64,000 nucleotides of DNA from Hydrolagus colliei (lineage: Eukaryota), in assembly GCA_035084275.1 (NCBI GenBank), contig CM068770.1, positions 1,798,001 through 1,862,000 of the forward strand, given 5' to 3'. The notes under the pieces were generated by a model. That model saw only the letters and a list, made by a program, of their open reading frames with translations, was not told the origin of the DNA and ran no database searches. This document shows positions 37,331 through 49,504 of the stretch, in pieces; the first letter of the stretch is position 1, and each line of letters starts with the position of its first letter. The translations under genes were made by a program, and so were the position numbers.

Positions 37331-38887
37331 CCACTGCAGCCTCTCTGAGCGAATCTACAATGTACCAGGCGTGAAAATAGCCTCTGGAGGGTTAAGGGAG
37401 ACGGATGAACGGTGTGGATGCCAACATTTAAACATGCATCCCCGAGATGTCTGAGACGTGAACCTTTGAGAAGCCAGTCAAGCATATGGACAAGACAAGC
37501 AACACGACTTGCTGTCACAGTGAGACTTGGACACACAGCAGACAGACAGGCTGAATGCTCCAAATCAAAAAGACATGCCACTCGTATTTCGGCGGTTAAG
37601 AAGAACAGAGAATGGACATCCTTTCACTGCTGTTATTTTGGAAGAAGATTTTTGGATCCGTGGAAAAAAATGCTCCACATACAGCGGAGCCAAATGTAGT
37701 CACACAAAGTTAAAATAATGAACTCGGTGTTAATTAACGAGCTGAGCGCTCTGAGATGCTACCCCCATGTGCGAAGGTTGTCATATCAGTGTATTTTGTT
37801 GTTGATTTAATTTCTCGGTATTTCCTAACCGATTTCTCAACTAAGTCTATCACTCCGATTAGAAGGGAAATAGACTGTGTGTTCTCACTCGGGTTTCCCC
37901 GATTAATTGAGAAAACCATTGAGAAATACCAAAAATAGACCCTCCCATGGTTATAATGTTAATCGGTGGTTACCGGTGGTTATGTCATTGAAAGAACACT
38001 AGAGTGAGGATCTTGAAATCGATCCCTCTCCCCTTCTTCAATTACTCCTACTGATTCTCCGTTGCAATCGATCTCCGCTTATTCAGTTGGGTGGATGACA
38101 TTTCACCCACTGTCCTTTGAGAGACGGTTGCTTTGTGAAAAAAAATGCAACGCGGCTGGCTCTCTCCCTCATGTTAAATCATCAGCCGACCATTTTTCCC
38201 TGAGAAAATGACTGATAAGCCACAAAAATAGTTTATTACTTTTGTGTCTCCTCCTTGGAAAGGATCTTTTTCGAAGCTAGTCATGACTAACTCACACTAG
38301 ATTGATGATATGTCAACGTAAACATTGCAACTGTAACTTGAGATACAATTTAATAACACGTTAATTAAAAATCTTACAGGAGGGACCTTGGTTCAATGAC
38401 TCGCCCTAAGGACAGCTTCCTCCAATAATCTAACCCTGTGCTGTTGTATGCCTTTGTTTTCCCCCATGAAACCAATCTGTGTCTCAGGAACTCTCACAGT
38501 CAGGTCTCAAGGAGTCAAACTTTACAACAGCCATTACACAGAATGAGACATCTTTCCATGTTAGGTTTCAATCTGTGTTTTCTTGACGTTTCAAAGAAAA
38601 TCTCGGGCTAAAATACTTTTGAATGGGAGCGATTAGTACAATATAATGGGAAACCTTAAACCCTAAGTATATATTCGACTCGGAATTGCCAGAGGCTTAG
38701 AGCAAATGATGCCCAGAAACTTTCAACCTGTATTAGTTTATCAATTAGAAAAAATGACTGACTGACTGGCTGACTGACTGACGGACGAGAATGGGAAAGG
38801 TGAGTCAGTAGCAATGAGCTTTGAGGCGTAAACAAAATGCACAGATAAGGGCACAGACTCCATTTTATTGCCGCGGGACTTGTGCAG

Positions 38888-39180
38888 GCCTGTAGCTATC
38901 TCACCTCGCAAGCGAAGGAGACCAGAATTAGATTCCCTACATTGGGCAAGTTGCCTTACTCCACACGCCTCTGTTTACCGAGCAGTAAGTAGGAACCTGG
39001 TTGTCACACTCAAAGCCCTCCATGGCCTCGCCCCATACTACATCGGTGATCTCCTAACCCCCTTCTGACCCGTCCGCCCTCTGCGCTCAGCAGGTTCTGG
39101 CCCACTCCATGTCCCCTGACCCACCCGCCCCACCGCAGGCAGGCGATCTTTCAGCCACTCTGCCGCCAACCTCTGAAACT
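38888..39180 (+). mobile_element. SINE long-variant 5' half joined directly to an L2 ORF2 3' fragment
   Basis: GCCTCTGTTTACCGAGCAGTAAGTAGGAACCTGG followed by sequence encoding LKALHGLAPYYIGDLLTPF. Confidence 0.78.
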
Positions 39181-39899
39181 CCTATTATTGGCTAATGTGT
39201 ACCTCAACTCCAATTTATCCGCCTTTATAACAACATATTAAAATAAAACTTGTACACTGCCTTTCACGTCGGGAGGACGTCCCAAGGCTACCCTTTACAC
39301 AATGGGACATCTTACAATGTGAATTTTTGCTCTACATTTTTGGACATTGAAAAGAAATGGCCTCGAAAAAAAATCATTCACTCATGATATGGGACACCCC
39401 CATGGCACATTTGGCTACCGTGACCCCAAAAATACACCATCGATACGCTTTACGATATACTTTGTGAAGCGCTTTGAGACATCTCAACCACGTGATCAAA
39501 TGCAACGAATATTTTATAATAAATTATTATTATCTTATTATCATCTCAAGCAATTCACAAGCAATTAAAGCCGGTGGGAGGGGGATGGGTGGGGCAAAGT
39601 GGGTGTGGAGATGGGTGGAGGGGGGGGGGGGGGGGAGGGGAGACAACCGGCTAGCGCAGGGTGAGCAGTGAGATTTTAAGGCTGTTCCTACCCAGATGAT
39701 AAGGAAGAAGTCACTGGTTTCAGATGCACAATGGGCACTGGTATTATTTATGCATTGAATTATGCATCACTAGTAGAATTGTGTGAGGCTCAGTATTAAC
39801 CACTTTGGATGGGAGTCTATTCCGCTCATCCCTTGTCTGACTCGAGACTTGCTCGTTTTGGCGCTTGTAAGCAAATAATAATCCTTGCATATAATAAAA

Positions 39900-40075
39900 T
39901 CGGTCATTCCACGGCTGTTTGGGGGGGGGGGGGGGGACGCTGCTGTGCGCAATTGGCTGCCGCATTTCGCCCACAAATATAGAGTCAATTCACTTTACAG
40001 TATATTGCAAAGCACTTTGAAATGTCTAGAAGAATGAAAAGCGCTATATCAAATGCAACGAATATTATTATTTAT
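39900..40075 (+). mobile_element. SINE 3' half with a poly-G expansion
   Basis: CCACGGCTGTTT(G)nACGCTGCTGTGCGCAATTGG through the tail. Confidence 0.88.
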
Positions 40076-40191
40076 TACAATATATATTAATGATATGTTG
40101 ATTAATACATGTTAATAATGCGACATCCTCCTGACGTGAAAGGCGCTATACAAGTGTCATTTTGTTGTTGTTGTTGTTGTAGTAACCATAC

Positions 40192-40265
40192 CTGCTCTGG
40201 ATGTTTCTGAACTGTTGCCAGCGCTGTGTGCTGGCAACGGGACCAGTCTCCCTTGGTCAGGGGAG
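40192..40265 (-). other. Candidate 74-nt spliced exon
   Basis: Acceptor GTTTCCTTTGGTCTCTTTTCAG| and donor CAG|GTATGG in unique sequence. Confidence 0.4.
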
Positions 40266-40739
40266 CTGAAAAGAGACCAAAGGAAACGTGTCAACTGCCA
40301 GCAGACACCTTCAAGATAGATCAGGCTCGAAGTGTATCACACTTGCACTGTCAGCCTGCACAAGGCAAGCGTTGACCTGCATCTGGTACTGCAAGGCTCT
40401 GATGTGTCTAAAATGTCAGCTCCTGTACACTCATCTCCTGTCAACCGGCTGCATTGAGTTGTAGATCAACAAAGACCTGACAAGGCTCACCATCTCAGGC
40501 CCATTGTGTTGCAACTTAAGAGTTGGGCCGGACTCCGCACCACTATCTTATGTCGACAGATAGTGGTTCTGAGCGTTTGGGATGTCCTCCCGACATCAAA
40601 GGCGCTTTACAAGTGTATTTTCACTGTTGTTGAAGATGAGGTCCACCAGAGGTTTATCGTCCTCGGGCTGTTATGTTTGCAAACAAGAGTGTTGTTCATC
40701 TCACGCGCCCCCCCCCCCCCCCACCCCTCACCCCCCCCC

Positions 40740-41000
40740 GCCTCCCTCTCTCTCACCTTCCGCCTCCTCCCACCACCTCAGCCATGGCTTTTTCCCAACG
40801 CTCAGCAAACACCGGTCATTCTAACGACATTCTAAATGCCTGCGGCCAGGGCTCTCTTTGCCTCCTTGCCCTCCTTGGCCTCTCTGCCGCCTTCGACACT
40901 GCCGACCATTGGCAGGCAAGCCTTCGGCAGTCCCTCCGCCTCAACCACCCACCCCCACTCCCTGGCTTCAAGTCCGGCCTCAAGACTTCTCCTCTTCGAT
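40740..41000 (+). pseudogene. Internally deleted L2: RT motif region fused to the 3' region
   Basis: LLALLGLSAAFDTADH (compare L2 LLDLSAAFDTVDH) immediately followed by QSLRL...FKSGLKT. Confidence 0.8.
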
Positions 41001-42319
41001 GGTCTACTTTGACGGCAACTCATCAACCCACAAACTCCTGACCTACTTCAAGAAAGTGATTATTATCTACAAAGGATTCTTATCGATTCACCGTCGTTTG
41101 CTTTTCTTTCCCCATTGCAAGGCTACTGAAAATGAACCAAATGCCAAAGGAACGGTTCAAAAAACATTATCCTGCAACCGTGCATCAAATATTTCTGTCG
41201 GCGGCTATTCAGTACAGCCCAGCGCTTCAAACAGAAACTTATCTCTGCATCAAACAACAGATTGTTTCCCCTACAAAGTGGAACCCTTTTCGCTTGCACG
41301 CGTTTCCGCACATTGAAGACGGTTAAATATTTAGACTTTTATTTTCCCGAGGTTTTTCATTCTCTCTCTCTCTCTCTCTTTCTCTTTCTCTCTGGGTAGG
41401 GCCAGCCTTGGCTGATCAAACAGCGAACGCCTTGTTATACATAGATTTTGTCAGTGTGTAATTAGCTGCCAAACACTTTTGCGTGTTCAATAGGGATTGT
41501 TCTTTTAAGTTGAGGGAGCGAAATTCCATTCCGGCTGTGCTTTTGACAATAATGTTAAATGCGTCCAAACACGGGGAGCTCTGTGCGGTATGTTTCAGAT
41601 GTAATGTGATAGCTCCACTTTTTGTGACAGCAAATTTGATCACAAATGGGCCCTGAGGACAATGTATTTAGCACAAATGAAATATAATTCATCTCCCACA
41701 TGTTATGAGGCGAGCCCGGTGCTTTTCTAAGGTCTTTTTCCTTTGCAAAAGGCAGTCGAGTGTCACAAGAGAATATTTTAGTTGTTTTGCCTGTCGTGCG
41801 ACTAAAGAGAGACAGCGGGGAGGTGGTTGGGGTGGGGGGCTGCAATTTTGAAAGGAACAAATAAGGGAGTCTCCGGTGAAATATGAAATATAATCTTTAC
41901 CTTTGATGTAGAGTTTTTCACATTTTCTAGACATCTCAAAGCGCTTCACAGAATATACTGTGAAGTGAATTGACTGTACAGTTTGTGGGCGAAATGCAAA
42001 AATGTCAGCAATTCTGTTTCCAATTTCATTTCAACTTTGTCTCCTTGTCCTTTCTCGTCTGCTAAAATCGGCCACAAAATATACGGTTAATTCACTCGAT
42101 AGTATACCCTGGGGATGCACCTTGAGAGGTCTCGAAGACATGATAAGGTTCTGTATCAAATGCCAGGATTATTATCAGTTATTATTATTACTCTCCCACA
42201 AATATACAATCAATTCTCTTCACAGTACAAGGCTGTGAAACGCTTTGAGACGTCTGGAAGACATGAAAAGCGCTATGTGAACGAAATGCAAGGACTATTA
42301 TTACTATCATTATTCCCTA

Positions 42320-42440
42320 CAACAGCCACAACAACTTGGATTTATATCGCGCCCTCCACGCCAGACGGCGTCTCAGAGCGCTTCACAATAACGGATCCCG
42401 AGGCCGAGCCAGGGGGGAGAGAGGGGGGGGTAAAAGGTCA
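42320..42440 (-). mobile_element. L2 3' tail (second type)
   Basis: Near-identical to 24420-24520. Confidence 0.85.
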
Positions 42441-43659
42441 CCCAAACCGCGGTCGAACTGCCTGTGGGACTTGGCTGTTACGCAAATTGGCTGCCTCGTT
42501 TTTCGCCCCCGCCAACACGCAAACGCACAGTCACTACACTCAATGGTAAAGTCCTGTGGAGTCGCCCCTGTAACCGGCATTCCTCTTCCAAACCCTTGCG
42601 AAGAATAAAGAAGGATTTGGTAATGTTCTAATCTTTTTTTGAACCCGCAGAGGATGGAGAGAGAGAGAGAGAGAGAGAAAATATTCCCTCTTGCGTAGTT
42701 TTTTTTTAACTGCACCATTTTATTTTCGTAGAGTCTTCAACAAGATGAATCCACTCTCGTGGGTCTGCTGGTGAGAGAGATACACTTGAAGTACTGGCTT
42801 CTCCCTCAATGATTCACAGCCACGGAAGCTTCCTGCCAAAGCACTTTGAAGCTACGCTGGATCAAAGCTCATAGGATCTGATGCAAACATCATCTCATGT
42901 TGGAGGGTTGATAAATGTTTTTTTCTCTCGTATCCAAATCGCTAAAAATCGACGAGTTTTCAAGCTCCTTTAATTGAGTTATATCAATACTGAGAAGGCA
43001 AAATCCGACATGGATTGCAAACCTTGGTTTTTACAACTTTACATTATGAGGTCTACTCTCCGTCAGGAACAGAGTGAGTTGCTGTTTGTAAGAGGGACTG
43101 CAACTCGTAGTCGCTACACCTCACGGTAAATCCCGAGATGAGACATTCCCGCAACGCGAGAAGGCGCTGTATCGAAGAGAAGGATTCATTTATTTAGCGA
43201 TAAAAGGAACAGCTACACTTGGAAAATCCGAACGCATTGCTCCTGACATGAAAGATGCTGCATCGGACGCAAGAATTATTCCTATTAACTTAGAAGCCGG
43301 TTGAAGTACATTTCACAAAACAGAATCAGTGATTGAATTTAAAAAGCCGCCACAGATTCTGTGTGTTTATGGTGAAAACAGATGCGATATCAGTCTGAAT
43401 GTGTTCACCCATCAGGGTTTGTGAATATTTTATGAATCAGAAAATGACCCAACTTCCTCACCCCCACCCCCCCTCCCCTCTATCCCTGGAGGCTTGAAAT
43501 AGAGAAAGGAACAAAATTTCAAACTTGGTAGAATCCAGTAATTAGCCAGTGGAAGTATAAAGCAGATACCCTTGTGGCTGGCAGAACAATAGGCAATGAC
43601 ATAGAAGTGAAATTAATTTCAATCGAGGTGCGTTCACGCCATCCACCTGAATAATAATT

Positions 43660-44235
43660 ACAACAACAACAACAATTTACATTTATAGAGCGCCTTTCAC
43701 GTCGGGAGGACGTCCCAAGGCGCTAACCAAGAGGTGTGTGACCCGAGCTGGGAGGGGAGTGTTTGGGAAGGGGTGAAACACGAAGGGGGAGGTAAAAGAG
43801 TTCGGGGTGGAACTAAAGGCACGATCGAAGAGGAAAGTCTTCAAACCGGCCCTGAAAGAGGAAAGGGAAGAGACGAAACGGAGGGATTGAGGGATGGCAT
43901 TCCATAGGGTGGGAGCGGAGAAACTGAAGGCCCGGCCTCCGATGGTGGGGCGGTTCGGGCGGGGGGCTTGGAGCAGGCCAAGTCCTGTTGAACGGAGGGT
44001 CCGGGTGGGCGTGTAGGGGGAGAGTAATCGGTTACATAGGGCGGGGCAAGGCCGTGTAAGGCCTTGTAGGTGAGGACGAGGATCTTAAATTCGATCCTCT
44101 GGAGGATGGGGAGCCAGTGGAGACGGGCGAGGGTGGGGGTTATGTGGTCACGGAGGCGGGTGCGGGATAGTACACGGGCTGCAGAGTTTTGGATGGCCTG
44201 CAGCCTATGAATGGAGGAATTAGTCACCATGATTG
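43660..44235 (-). mobile_element. 5'-truncated L2 LINE, best-preserved copy, carrying the ORF2 C-terminus with one frameshift near 44027
   Basis: RLQAIQNSAARVLSRTRLRDHITPTLARLHWLPILQRIEFKILVLTYKALHGLAPPY, then after the shift LLSPYTPTRTLRS...IGGRAFSFSAPTLWNAIP...LKTFLFDRAF; stem-loop tail and (TTG)n. Confidence 0.96.
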
Positions 44236-44269
44236 CACTCCTCCCTTTCTGAAGGTTGCAAGCTCCCTT

Positions 44270-44500
44270 TCAATAAGCCTTAGTTTCACAGTGAATCGAA
44301 TGTATATTGTGGGGGTGAAAAGCAGCGGATTGTCGCGGATTAGTTTCGTTTTATTATCCCTAGAAAAGTGATCTCCCCAATCGACTAACAACTGCTGACT
44401 GCAAAGCAAACAGAGGCGTGTGGGGGTAAAGAAACTTGGCCAATGTGTTTTGCCTTTGGCCGAGTGCTCTAAGCCCTAACCGCTGAGCGACAGGACTCCT
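44270..44500 (-). mobile_element. SINE long variant, diverged
   Basis: CCAATCGACTAACAA...AAACAGAGGCGTG...GACAGGACTCC. Confidence 0.72.
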
Positions 44501-44520
44501 CGGGACAGTTCTTCGTTGGA

Positions 44521-44657
44521 CTGGAAGTGAAGTCGGTTTGCACGGAATAGATAAACTTTGAATGCATTTAACCACGAGTTAGACTGGAATGAAAGACACC
44601 ACAGAGGAGAGAGATCAAACTTTTTTCATTAAAAAAAATCCTTTTGGAGGAAAAGAC
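44521..44657 (+). repeat. Direct repeat, copy 1 (~137 bp of unique sequence)
   Basis: Near-identical to 45661-45797. Confidence 0.95.
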
Positions 44658-44731
44658 AACAAAAAACCTTTTGACTTTCCCCAAAGGTGTTTTATGTGTT
44701 TTTGAAAGCTAATTGAGAGGTGTCTGGGTTG

Positions 44732-44763
<32 letters not shown>

Positions 44764-45290
44764 GGCGAGAGGGTGGGGAGGAGGGAGTGGGGTAGCGAAA
44801 GACTGAATACTAAAACAATTTCAATTATAATGATGATTTTTTTGAGACCCATGAATAATAATTGAAAACGCTGTGTTTGCTCTTTATTTGGTAAAAGGGC
44901 ACACATGATAGAGCAGCGCAGTGATTAAGCAACAGAGCATGCCTGCTCCCGGCTTTTTCTGTTTTCATTAAATCCGAAGCCTCTTAATAAGTTTCCTTCA
45001 ACACGAAACTCGCCGAAGAGAAAACAGCGGAGTGTAACACAATGCAAAACTCCAGGACAAATAAACTCCAGTTAAACATCTCACCTTCGTCCCTTGTTAT
45101 TTACAATCAACACACCATCAAAGGCAAACGGTATGTACGCTGAGGTTTGCTCAACGACACTTCACATCGTAGCCTCAAATTGTTTCTCTACAACAGAAGC
45201 TTCCCAGTTAATCAAGAACTTTCCAATGATCTGACCTGTAATAATAATAATAATCTTTGCATTTGATATAGCGCTTTTCCCTTTTTTTTA

Positions 45291-45617
45291 GAGCTCCTGT
45301 AGCTCAGTGGTTAGAGCGCTCGCCTTACAAGCGCGAGACCTGTGTTTGAATCCAGGCAGGTCAGGGCAAAACCTCGGGCAAATTTCCTTACTCCACACAC
45401 ACGCCTAATAATAATCCGTCCTCAAAAAAATCCATAATAATAAATAATGGTCATTTTCAATCCACGACTGTTTGTGGGGGACGCTGCTGTGCGCAATTGG
45501 CTGCCGCGTTTCACCCACAAATATACAGTCAATTCACTTTGCAGTATATTCTGTGAAGCGATTTGAGATGTCGATAAGATGTGAAAAGCGCGATGTCAAA
45601 TGCAAGGATTATTATTA
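45291..45617 (+). mobile_element. Young full-length short-variant SINE nested in an antisense SINE tail
   Basis: Intact head to tail; the outer tail at 45239-45290 resumes at about 45617. Confidence 0.95.
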
Positions 45618-45660
45618 GACGTCTCAAAGCTCTTCACAGATTACAACAACATTCTGTATT

Positions 45661-45797
45661 CTGGAAGTGAAGTCAATTTGCACGGAATAGATAAACTTTT
45701 AATACATTTAACCACGAGTTAGACTGGAATGAAAGACACCACAGAGGAGAGAGATCAAACTTTTTCTTAAAAAAAAATCCTTTTAGAGGAAAAGACA
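45661..45797 (+). repeat. Direct repeat, copy 2
   Basis: Near-identical to 44521-44657. Confidence 0.95.
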
Positions 45798-45898
45798 GGG
45801 ACCAGAGCAGGGGGAAAGGTGGTCGGGGTAGGGAGAAGGAGAGTAGGAAAATTGACTATATATTTGTGGGGGAAACACAGCAGCCAAATTGCGCACAG
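45797..45898 (-). mobile_element. Fragment of a chimeric SINE/L2 with the same junction as 2639-3022
   Basis: GAAGGAGAGTAGGAAAATTGACTATATATTTGTGGG. Confidence 0.8.
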
Positions 45899-47424
45899 AC
45901 AAATTGGTTCTTCAACCAAATGATGGCATCTCTGACAATAAAGCATCCCCCCAGCATTGCTTTGGCATGTAAACTTACTGGCCCTTAAACCTACAAACGT
46001 CTGAGTGATACCAACTGAGCCAGGCTGTGAGCAAACAAAACCCACAATGTGCAAACAAAGATAAGTGGGATGAAGGCGTGAGGCATCTCAAACAAGAGAC
46101 AGCCTATTTATGCCTCCAGGCTTTGCATATTTAAGACTGTGAACAAGAAAACAACAGTGCCTTGATTGATACAGGAACATCGGAGCAGGAATAGACCAAT
46201 AATCCCCCAAATAGAATTGGTCACTCAGTTTGCAGCTATTAGTGGAATGCTGCTGTGCATAAATTGGCTGCTGCGTTTGCCTACCTAATAATAATACAGT
46301 CACAGACTTTACATTAAGTCCGGTGAATGTCTCTGAGACAAGGCAAAGACGGTGCGCGATACGGCCTTGTATCAAATGCAAAGATCGTTAATAATAATTT
46401 CGCGGCGACGTCAACAAAAATGAGCCCCTTTCAAAAGAGGTCTTTATCTGCCGAAAGCATCTGAAAGTAATTGCGTTTTTTTTAAATGTTTTTTTGTTTT
46501 TTTACCCGGTGAGAATGATTTGGGTTTCATTGCTCGATGATGCCCACTAAAGACAAATACGCCAAGTGCGTCACGCCATTTATTCTCTCCCACAGCGAAA
46601 TGCGGAGAAATAACGCGGTAATTGTATCTACTCCATCACTCGCGTGTTGTGATTTATTAAGCCTGGGAATCGCGTACGGAATGCGAAGTGTCTGAAATGT
46701 GTTGAAGCCCCTTTTCATCTCCCTTCCCACCCGCTGCTCGCAAACTGCAGACGCCGGGTATTCCATGTCTATTTCATGAGGTACAACTATATACAGTACT
46801 GTACTTCGCCCGCAGTGCATAGAGTCGTTTCGCGTTGCGGTACGTTCTGTGAAGGCCTTTGAACCATCTCAACGACCTGATAAGGTGCTGTGTCCAACGC
46901 AAGTGTTATTATTGCTATTTTCCAAAGCAGCAAAATACCACTCAACCTAATTAATGTTGACATAGTGCCTTTCGCATCGAGGAGGTCATTTTAAAGTGTC
47001 TGCTGGGTTGGGAGAGGGAGCGATTAGAGAGATACATCTTCATACGATTGCCGGTAATAATAATAAGTCTTGCATTCGATGCAGCGTCTTATCACCTCAT
47101 CAAAATGTCTCAAAGCGCTTTATAGCATTTATCGTTAAGTGCAGCGACTGTGTTTGCGGGCGCTGAACGCGGCCGTCAATTTCCACCTCGTATACTGGGT
47201 TATCAGTTTCCCTGAGGACCATTTCCTATTGCCGGTCGGCTTCTCGAGTTCCCCAGCCTCATTCATCACGTTAAACAGAAGAATCTTTCCCAGGAACTAA
47301 CGCCGGTCGCTCTGCCAGCCCGGGTTGGAAGCTCACCCCAGTCAACAGGACAAAGTCTGTGTTTCAATGCTTCCCCCACACGTGGATAATCAGAATTTGC
47401 CTCCGTCTCAGAGCCTTCAAATAA

Positions 47425-47832
47425 TAAGAATAATAATAATAATAATCCTTACATTTGATATCGTGCCTTGTCGCGTCTTTGAGACGTCGCCTCGCTAGCG
47501 CTTCGCCGAATGCACTGTAACGCGTAGTGACTGCATACGTTGTGGGTGAACGTGGCAGCCAATCGCGCGCAATGACGTCCCACAAGCAATCGCGGAGATG
47601 ACATGCCCCTAAATCATCACTATTGTTTATTCGTTTACTTTAAATGGATTATTCGCCCCGGGAAAATTAATCCGCCAATCGACTAACAATCCGGCTCCTG
47701 CTTACTGCGAGGTGAACAGAGGCGTGCGTGGAGTAAGGAAAGTTACCCAACATATCGCCCTACCCGGGCGAAATTGAGCTCGGACCACTCGCCCGATAGC
47801 CGAATGCTCTAACTGTGGAGCTACAGGACTCC
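47425..47832 (-). mobile_element. tRNA-derived SINE, long variant, full length
   Basis: Tail, body, CTTACTGCGAGGTGAACAGAGGCG mid segment, head GAGCTACAGGACTCC. Confidence 0.9.
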
Positions 47833-48107
47833 ACTTCAGGCCTTCAAGTGAAAGAAGAAGAAGAAAGAGCTGGCAAGCGTGTTGGCGAATTTCACGTCTC
47901 GACTTGGTGACTCATTTTCATTCAGTGCAATCCCACGATAAAACAAAAACAAAAGGCTTTGGTTTCGACTTCAGAAGATCTACTGGATAATGTGCACTGT
48001 GTTTAACGATACGAGAGAAGAGATTGGGAAATATTCTCCTTAATTAGGCAGCTGATCCTGAAACATTTCCAGAGCTTCCTAGTATTTCAACCCTCTATAA
48101 TTGTGCA

Positions 48108-48372
48108 GGTTTTTTTCCACGCAGCGGGCTGTTCGAATCTGGAATGCATTGCCCTGAAAGGGTGATGGGGACCGATTCGATAACGACTTTTAAAAGAGAA
48201 GTGGGTGGTTATTTGTGGGAGGACAAGTGTGCACCGGGGTTATGAGGAAAGAAAGAGAGAGGGGGAGAGAGAGCCGGGGAGTGGAATTGACTTGGAAAGG
48301 TCTTTTCGAAGGGCCGGCACAGACACGATGGGCCAAATGGCCTCCTTTTGTGCTGTAAAATTCTACGATTCA
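48108..48372 (+). mobile_element. CR1 LINE 3' end
   Basis: Homologous to 8860-9099, ending ATTCTACGATTC. Confidence 0.92.
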
Positions 48373-48649
48373 AGACACAAAGACACACACTTACTTGACA
48401 GCTATTTCTCTGCGTTCACTTTAGGGCCTGGAAAAAACAGTTGGTGTTTGCCAACTTGTCTGTACTTGCCTTCCCACTCTTTAGTTCAAACATAATTTAC
48501 AAAGCCCCGTGTTGCTTTAGTGTGTGCGTACACTTCATCATTAAGATAATGCCTTAGCAGTACATTGATAATTCAATGTACTATGAGTGTCATTGTTGCC
48601 TGCAAAATTCCACAGTGACCACGCTTTACGGTATATGGTTTGAAGCATC

Positions 48650-48865
48650 CACCCGACGTGGATTAATTGACCAAATATTTATTCATTTGGATCGTTGGAG
48701 GGATTATTATCGGATTCCCTGGCATTTGAACTGCGGTTCGACTAACAGCCGGGTTCCCAATTACCGCTTGGTAAAGAGAGGCGTGTGAAGTAAGGAAACC
48801 CATCAAACGTATCGTCCCATCTGGCAATATGGCTTGTGAGCGGATTGCTAACCACTGGGTTACGA
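48650..48865 (-). mobile_element. SINE long variant, 5' half, diverged
   Basis: CGACTAACAGCCGGGTTCC...GGTAAAGAGAGGCGTGTGAAGTAAGGAAAC. Confidence 0.72.
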
Positions 48866-49504
48866 TAAATTTGTGAGGGCAGGTGGGAAGCTGAGCACAT
48901 CCTATACACCAAACTCGTAATGAACAAGACTATCTTAGCCAGCCAAGTAGCTTGCTAGGGACGAACTCTACTTGATTATGCAATCCCATTTTCAGTGCAG
49001 AATAAAACATTTCGCCCCATTACCCGTTGCCTCTGCTTTTTCGTTAGCTCCTCACTTGAAGCTGTGGCAAAAGCAAATGGAATGTAAAACTAAAACCTGT
49101 TTCAAATTGCAAGCGAACGTTTGCTTTCGGCGTGGCGCTTCGAGTTTCCTCAGGAGCAAGGAGCGATATGTGTTTTGCCTTCGCTCTCACCTCGCCAGCA
49201 TCTCATCGCTTCCCTCTCAGCTTTGCCCGCTGCTGTTTCATATGCAGTACACCCGCCGCTCGCTGGCTTGAGATGGCAATTTCTGAAGCGCAGACTTGCA
49301 ATATGGCACTGTTTAATACTGCGAGCCCTTGCTGTGTGTGACATGCCCATTTGGCTCGTGTGAAGGACTGCAGCAACAAAATTACTTTGTCCGCGTTAAT
49401 TATGCACTCGCGCTTCCAATTTCTAACAAGAAAGCAACGAGAATGTTCGGCGTCGCGCGCCAACAAACTGTGATCCACGTAAAATTCGGTTCACTTTTGT
49501 AATG

